DNA from: Bellilinea caldifistulae
Lineage (GTDB): Bacteria > Chloroflexota > Anaerolineae > Anaerolineales > Anaerolineaceae
NCBI RefSeq assembly: GCF_001306055.1
Contig: NZ_LGHJ01000011.1
Location: forward strand, 240,001-272,000
Direction: 5' to 3'
DNA: 32,000 bases
Part shown: in pieces, positions 26,072-32,000 of the stretch
Layout of the letters: each line of letters begins with the position of its first letter
Numbering within the stretch: position 1 is the first letter of the stretch
Notes under the pieces: generated by a model
Databases searched by the model: none
What the model saw: only the letters and a program-made list of their open reading frames with translations
Told to the model about the DNA's origin: nothing
Made by a program: the position numbers and the translations under genes

Positions 26072-27406
26072 ATGGGTCGTAAAAATCTGGTGTGGATGGT
26101 GGTGCTGGCGGTGCTGCTTTCGGCTTGTGCGCAAGCCATTCAAACCCCGCCGGTGGATCGAAAAACTCCCCTGCCCGGCTGGTATGATCCCACTCGCCTG
26201 ACCCCAACGCCGCAACAGGAAAACGCCCCGCCGCCCGATTCATCCTTCTTCCCGCCGGCCGTGCTGGCGGCCCGTCAGGTTCTGGCAGTGGCTTTGGGGC
26301 TGGAGGAGACGGCGGTGAGCGTCATTCGTGTGGAAGCCGCCGACTGGCCGGATGGCTGTTTGGGCCTGGGAAATGAGGGGGAGGCCTGCACGGAGGAAAT
26401 TGTGCCGGGTTATCTGGTTGGTCTGCAGGTCGGTGATCAGTTTTTTGAATTTCGCACCGATCTGGAAGGCGTGCGCATCCGCCCGGTTGCGGCTGTGCAG
26501 GAGGCAGCCGTGGCTGCAGCCCGTCGGCAACTGGCAGACCTGCTCTCACTGGGCACGCCGGCCGAGGCGGTGCTGGTCGAAGTTTCGCCGGTGGAATGGC
26601 CGGATTCCTGCTTGGGCCTGTCTCAGGCTGGCGAGGAATGTCAACCGGAGGTGGTGAACGGCTTCCGGGTGGTCTTTGCCGTGCAGGGGTTACAGTACAT
26701 CTACCACACCAACGGAGATGGCAGCCGGGTGCTTCTGGCAGGGGTTAAGAGCGCCGATGAGGGCCAATCGTACCTGATTTTGATTTCCGGCTCACAAAGT
26801 GAGGACTGCCGCATTCTGCAAATCGGTTTGGGCGGACTGGCCAGCGGCGCTTGCGGGAGTGTACTGGAAGCGCAGCCTTTTACCAATTTACAGCGACCGT
26901 TGGAGCTGGCGGAGTTAATCCGCACGCTGCCTTCGTTCCAAATGGAAACTCCCGCCGGCTGGTTGACCTTTCAGGGGCGGGGCACCACTCAGCCTGCTGT
27001 TGAAGAGGGCCGCGCCCTGGCGGTCTGGGCGCAAATGGCGCTGGCAGAAGCCCGCGCCGAGAACCTTGATTCGTACCGCTTGTTGTTCTGGCAACGCACA
27101 GGCGGGATCGCCGGTTTTTGTGATGTACTGGAAATCTACGAGAGCGGTTGGGCTTATGCAAGGGATTGTAAAAATAACCCACCTGCGATGCGCGGTTCTT
27201 TGCGCATATCTGCCAATTCCTTGAAGTTATTGTATAATTGGGTAGATCAAATTGCGCTGTTTGAGGCACGCCGCAGTGACGGGGTAACCGATGGTTTTGA
27301 GTACACATTAAACTGGTATGGCCGGGGGGATGGTCAGGTTACTTCCTCCCAACAAGAGGATGTGTTCAACTTTGCGGCGGAAGTGTTTGGTCAGATTCAA
27401 CCTTAG
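26072..27406 (+). CDS. predicted lipoprotein, Cys-rich, with duplicated WPDxCLGL...GExC module; function unknown
   Basis: Signal peptide plus lipobox MVVLAVLLSAC|A, then a Pro-rich linker. Two tandem homologous ~74-aa segments, followed by further Cys pairs. Confidence 0.75.
   Translation: MGRKNLVWMVVLAVLLSACAQAIQTPPVDRKTPLPGWYDPTRLTPTPQQENAPPPDSSFFPPAVLAARQVLAVALGLEETAVSVIRVEAADWPDGCLGLGNEGEACTEEIVPGYLVGLQVGDQFFEFRTDLEGVRIRPVAAVQEAAVAAARRQLADLLSLGTPAEAVLVEVSPVEWPDSCLGLSQAGEECQPEVVNGFRVVFAVQGLQYIYHTNGDGSRVLLAGVKSADEGQSYLILISGSQSEDCRILQIGLGGLASGACGSVLEAQPFTNLQRPLELAELIRTLPSFQMETPAGWLTFQGRGTTQPAVEEGRALAVWAQMALAEARAENLDSYRLLFWQRTGGIAGFCDVLEIYESGWAYARDCKNNPPAMRGSLRISANSLKLLYNWVDQIALFEARRSDGVTDGFEYTLNWYGRGDGQVTSSQQEDVFNFAAEVFGQIQP
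26267..26737 (+). repeat. intragenic tandem domain duplication (2 x ~74 aa, period 83 aa) inside the lipoprotein gene
   Basis: Copy 1 is aa 66-139: AARQVLAVALGLEETAVSVIRVEAADWPDGCLGLGNEGEACTEEIVPGYLVGLQVGDQFFEFRTDLEGVRIRPV. Copy 2 is aa 149-222: AARRQLADLLSLGTPAEAVLVEVSPVEWPDSCLGLSQAGEECQPEVVNGFRVVFAVQGLQYIYHTNGDGSRVLL. They align without gaps and share WPDxCLGLxxxGExC. Confidence 0.75.
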
Positions 27407-27446
27407 CCAACCGGCACTGGAAGCAGGTAAATCCGCTTCCGGTTAG

Positions 27447-27474
27447 GGGGAGGAGGCTCCCTACCCTCCTCCCC
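27447..27474 (+). terminator. GC-rich hairpin downstream of the lipoprotein gene (terminator candidate, no clear U-tract)
   Basis: 10-bp perfect stem GGGGAGGAGG (27447-27456) / CCTCCTCCCC (27465-27474) with an 8-nt loop. A second, weaker hairpin (GGAAGC/GCTTCC) lies just upstream at ~27426-27444. Confidence 0.4.
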
Positions 27475-27512
27475 TGATGATTCATAAAGTGAATTTTCGT
27501 GATTGAATCAAG

Positions 27513-28286
27513 ATGACACAAGCAACGGCTTTGGAGCATCAGCAGCAAAGACTGGCTGGTATGGGGTTGGGGGGTTTGCTGGCAGTCAGCTTCGCTTTGA
27601 ATGTTTATCTGCTCTTTTTACAGCCTTTGGGGGTTTTGAGTCTGCGCCGGCTGGTTTTTGCGGCGGGTATCGGTGCGGTGTTGAGTGCAGCGGTCTGGCT
27701 GTACCTGCGGCGGGGGCGTCAATCCCTTGTTGATTGGTGGCGCAGGTGGGTGATGCAGGAAAGGCTGTGGCGGGCAGGATTATTGCTTTCTGGCATATTT
27801 CATCTGATCTACCCCGCCCCTCCCGGTCAGTTGTTTGCCCTGCCGGTGGAATTGCAGGTGGAATTTTCCTCGCTTTCTGCTTTGCCCGCCGAGGTGCGTC
27901 TGATCAGCTTGAACAACGGAATGGTTGATGTATCCTATAAAGACCTCCAGCTGGATGAAACGGCGGAAATTCGCCCCGGCAGCGGCATCCATTTGACAGT
28001 GGAAGGTGAATCGCCGGCAAAAATCCGCTGGAGCGGGCGTGTCTGGCAGGCATTGACCCTGATTTTCAGCAGCGATCAGCCAATTGAGATTCGCATTCGT
28101 TACCAAAACCGTGAAGAACGCCTTCGATTTGATGCGCCACCAATCCTCGAACGGAAGATCACCGTGCCGGTTGGCGGATGGTGGTACTACGGGCTGGTCA
28201 AGGCAGGCATCCTTCTGCTCGCCGCCGTCAGTCTGGCGGTTCTGGCTGCCCTTTTGCGAACTTCGCCTTTGTGGGAGGACGGGTGA
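27513..28286 (+). CDS. membrane protein consisting only of the unrecognised 'LNNG' N-terminal module (3 TM + ~110-aa extracytoplasmic segment + 1 TM)
   Basis: 257 aa. Hydrophobic helices at ~aa 18-37, 44-64, 88-103 and 232-252. The basic loop YLRRGRQSLVDWWRRW places the soluble segment outside the cell. It is homologous to the N-termini of the next two genes. Confidence 0.75.
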   Translation: MTQATALEHQQQRLAGMGLGGLLAVSFALNVYLLFLQPLGVLSLRRLVFAAGIGAVLSAAVWLYLRRGRQSLVDWWRRWVMQERLWRAGLLLSGIFHLIYPAPPGQLFALPVELQVEFSSLSALPAEVRLISLNNGMVDVSYKDLQLDETAEIRPGSGIHLTVEGESPAKIRWSGRVWQALTLIFSSDQPIEIRIRYQNREERLRFDAPPILERKITVPVGGWWYYGLVKAGILLLAAVSLAVLAALLRTSPLWEDG

Positions 28287-28291
28287 GGTTG

Positions 28292-32000
<3,709 letters not shown>

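Noticed and set aside
25205-26215. 336-aa minus-strand ORF opposite the SDR gene. Similar long antisense ORFs occur at 5098-5778, 11627-12502, 12659-13402, 14613-15299, 15678-16457, 17959-18528, 19861-20499, 20919-21632 and 21645-22517.
   Set aside because: All lie inside genes with strong family motifs on the other strand. They have Arg/Gly/Pro/Ala/His-biased compositions and lack SD sequences. I treat them as GC-driven shadow ORFs, not overlapping genes.
28178-28291. Track start (28178) of the 769-aa ORF, which would overlap the preceding gene by 109 nt.
   Set aside because: The extra 38 aa (MVVLRAGQGRHPSARRRQSGG...) are Arg/Gly-rich and unlike the homologous N-termini. ATG 28292 has a GGAGG-type SD, lies 5 nt after the previous stop, and aligns with the N-termini of the two paralogous genes.

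Overview
High-GC (about 60% or more by eye) bacterial chromosomal window, densely coding, with about 27 CDS. I found no rRNA, tRNA, CRISPR array or recognisable mobile element. Taxon cannot be determined without a search; the gene content gives a weak hint of Chloroflexota/Anaerolineae-like. Layout, left to right: VWA(CoxE-like)/MoxR ATPase pair (-); an ABC-2 exporter (ATPase plus two paralogous permeases); the core block rpsB-tsf-pyrH; a solitary dnaK (-); NfeD protease; a UPF0316 membrane protein and alpha-glucan phosphorylase (-). A very tightly packed same-strand string follows (14.0-23.6 kb): C39-like peptidase/TPR protein, sbcD, a CNNM/CorC-type gene, sbcC, two GT4 glycosyltransferases and an O-methyltransferase, three of the junctions being ATGA overlaps. 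After that come an orphan NarL-type response regulator, a flavodoxin-like protein, an SDR and a Cys-rich lipoprotein with an internal domain duplication. The most unusual part is 27.5-32.0 kb. Three consecutive genes share an N-terminal membrane module of about 240-255 aa that I do not recognise (3 TM, a predicted extracytoplasmic segment of about 110 aa, 1 TM). It occurs once stand-alone and twice fused to two different large polytopic, GT-C-like domains. All functional calls come from reading motifs in the supplied translations; no database search was possible.
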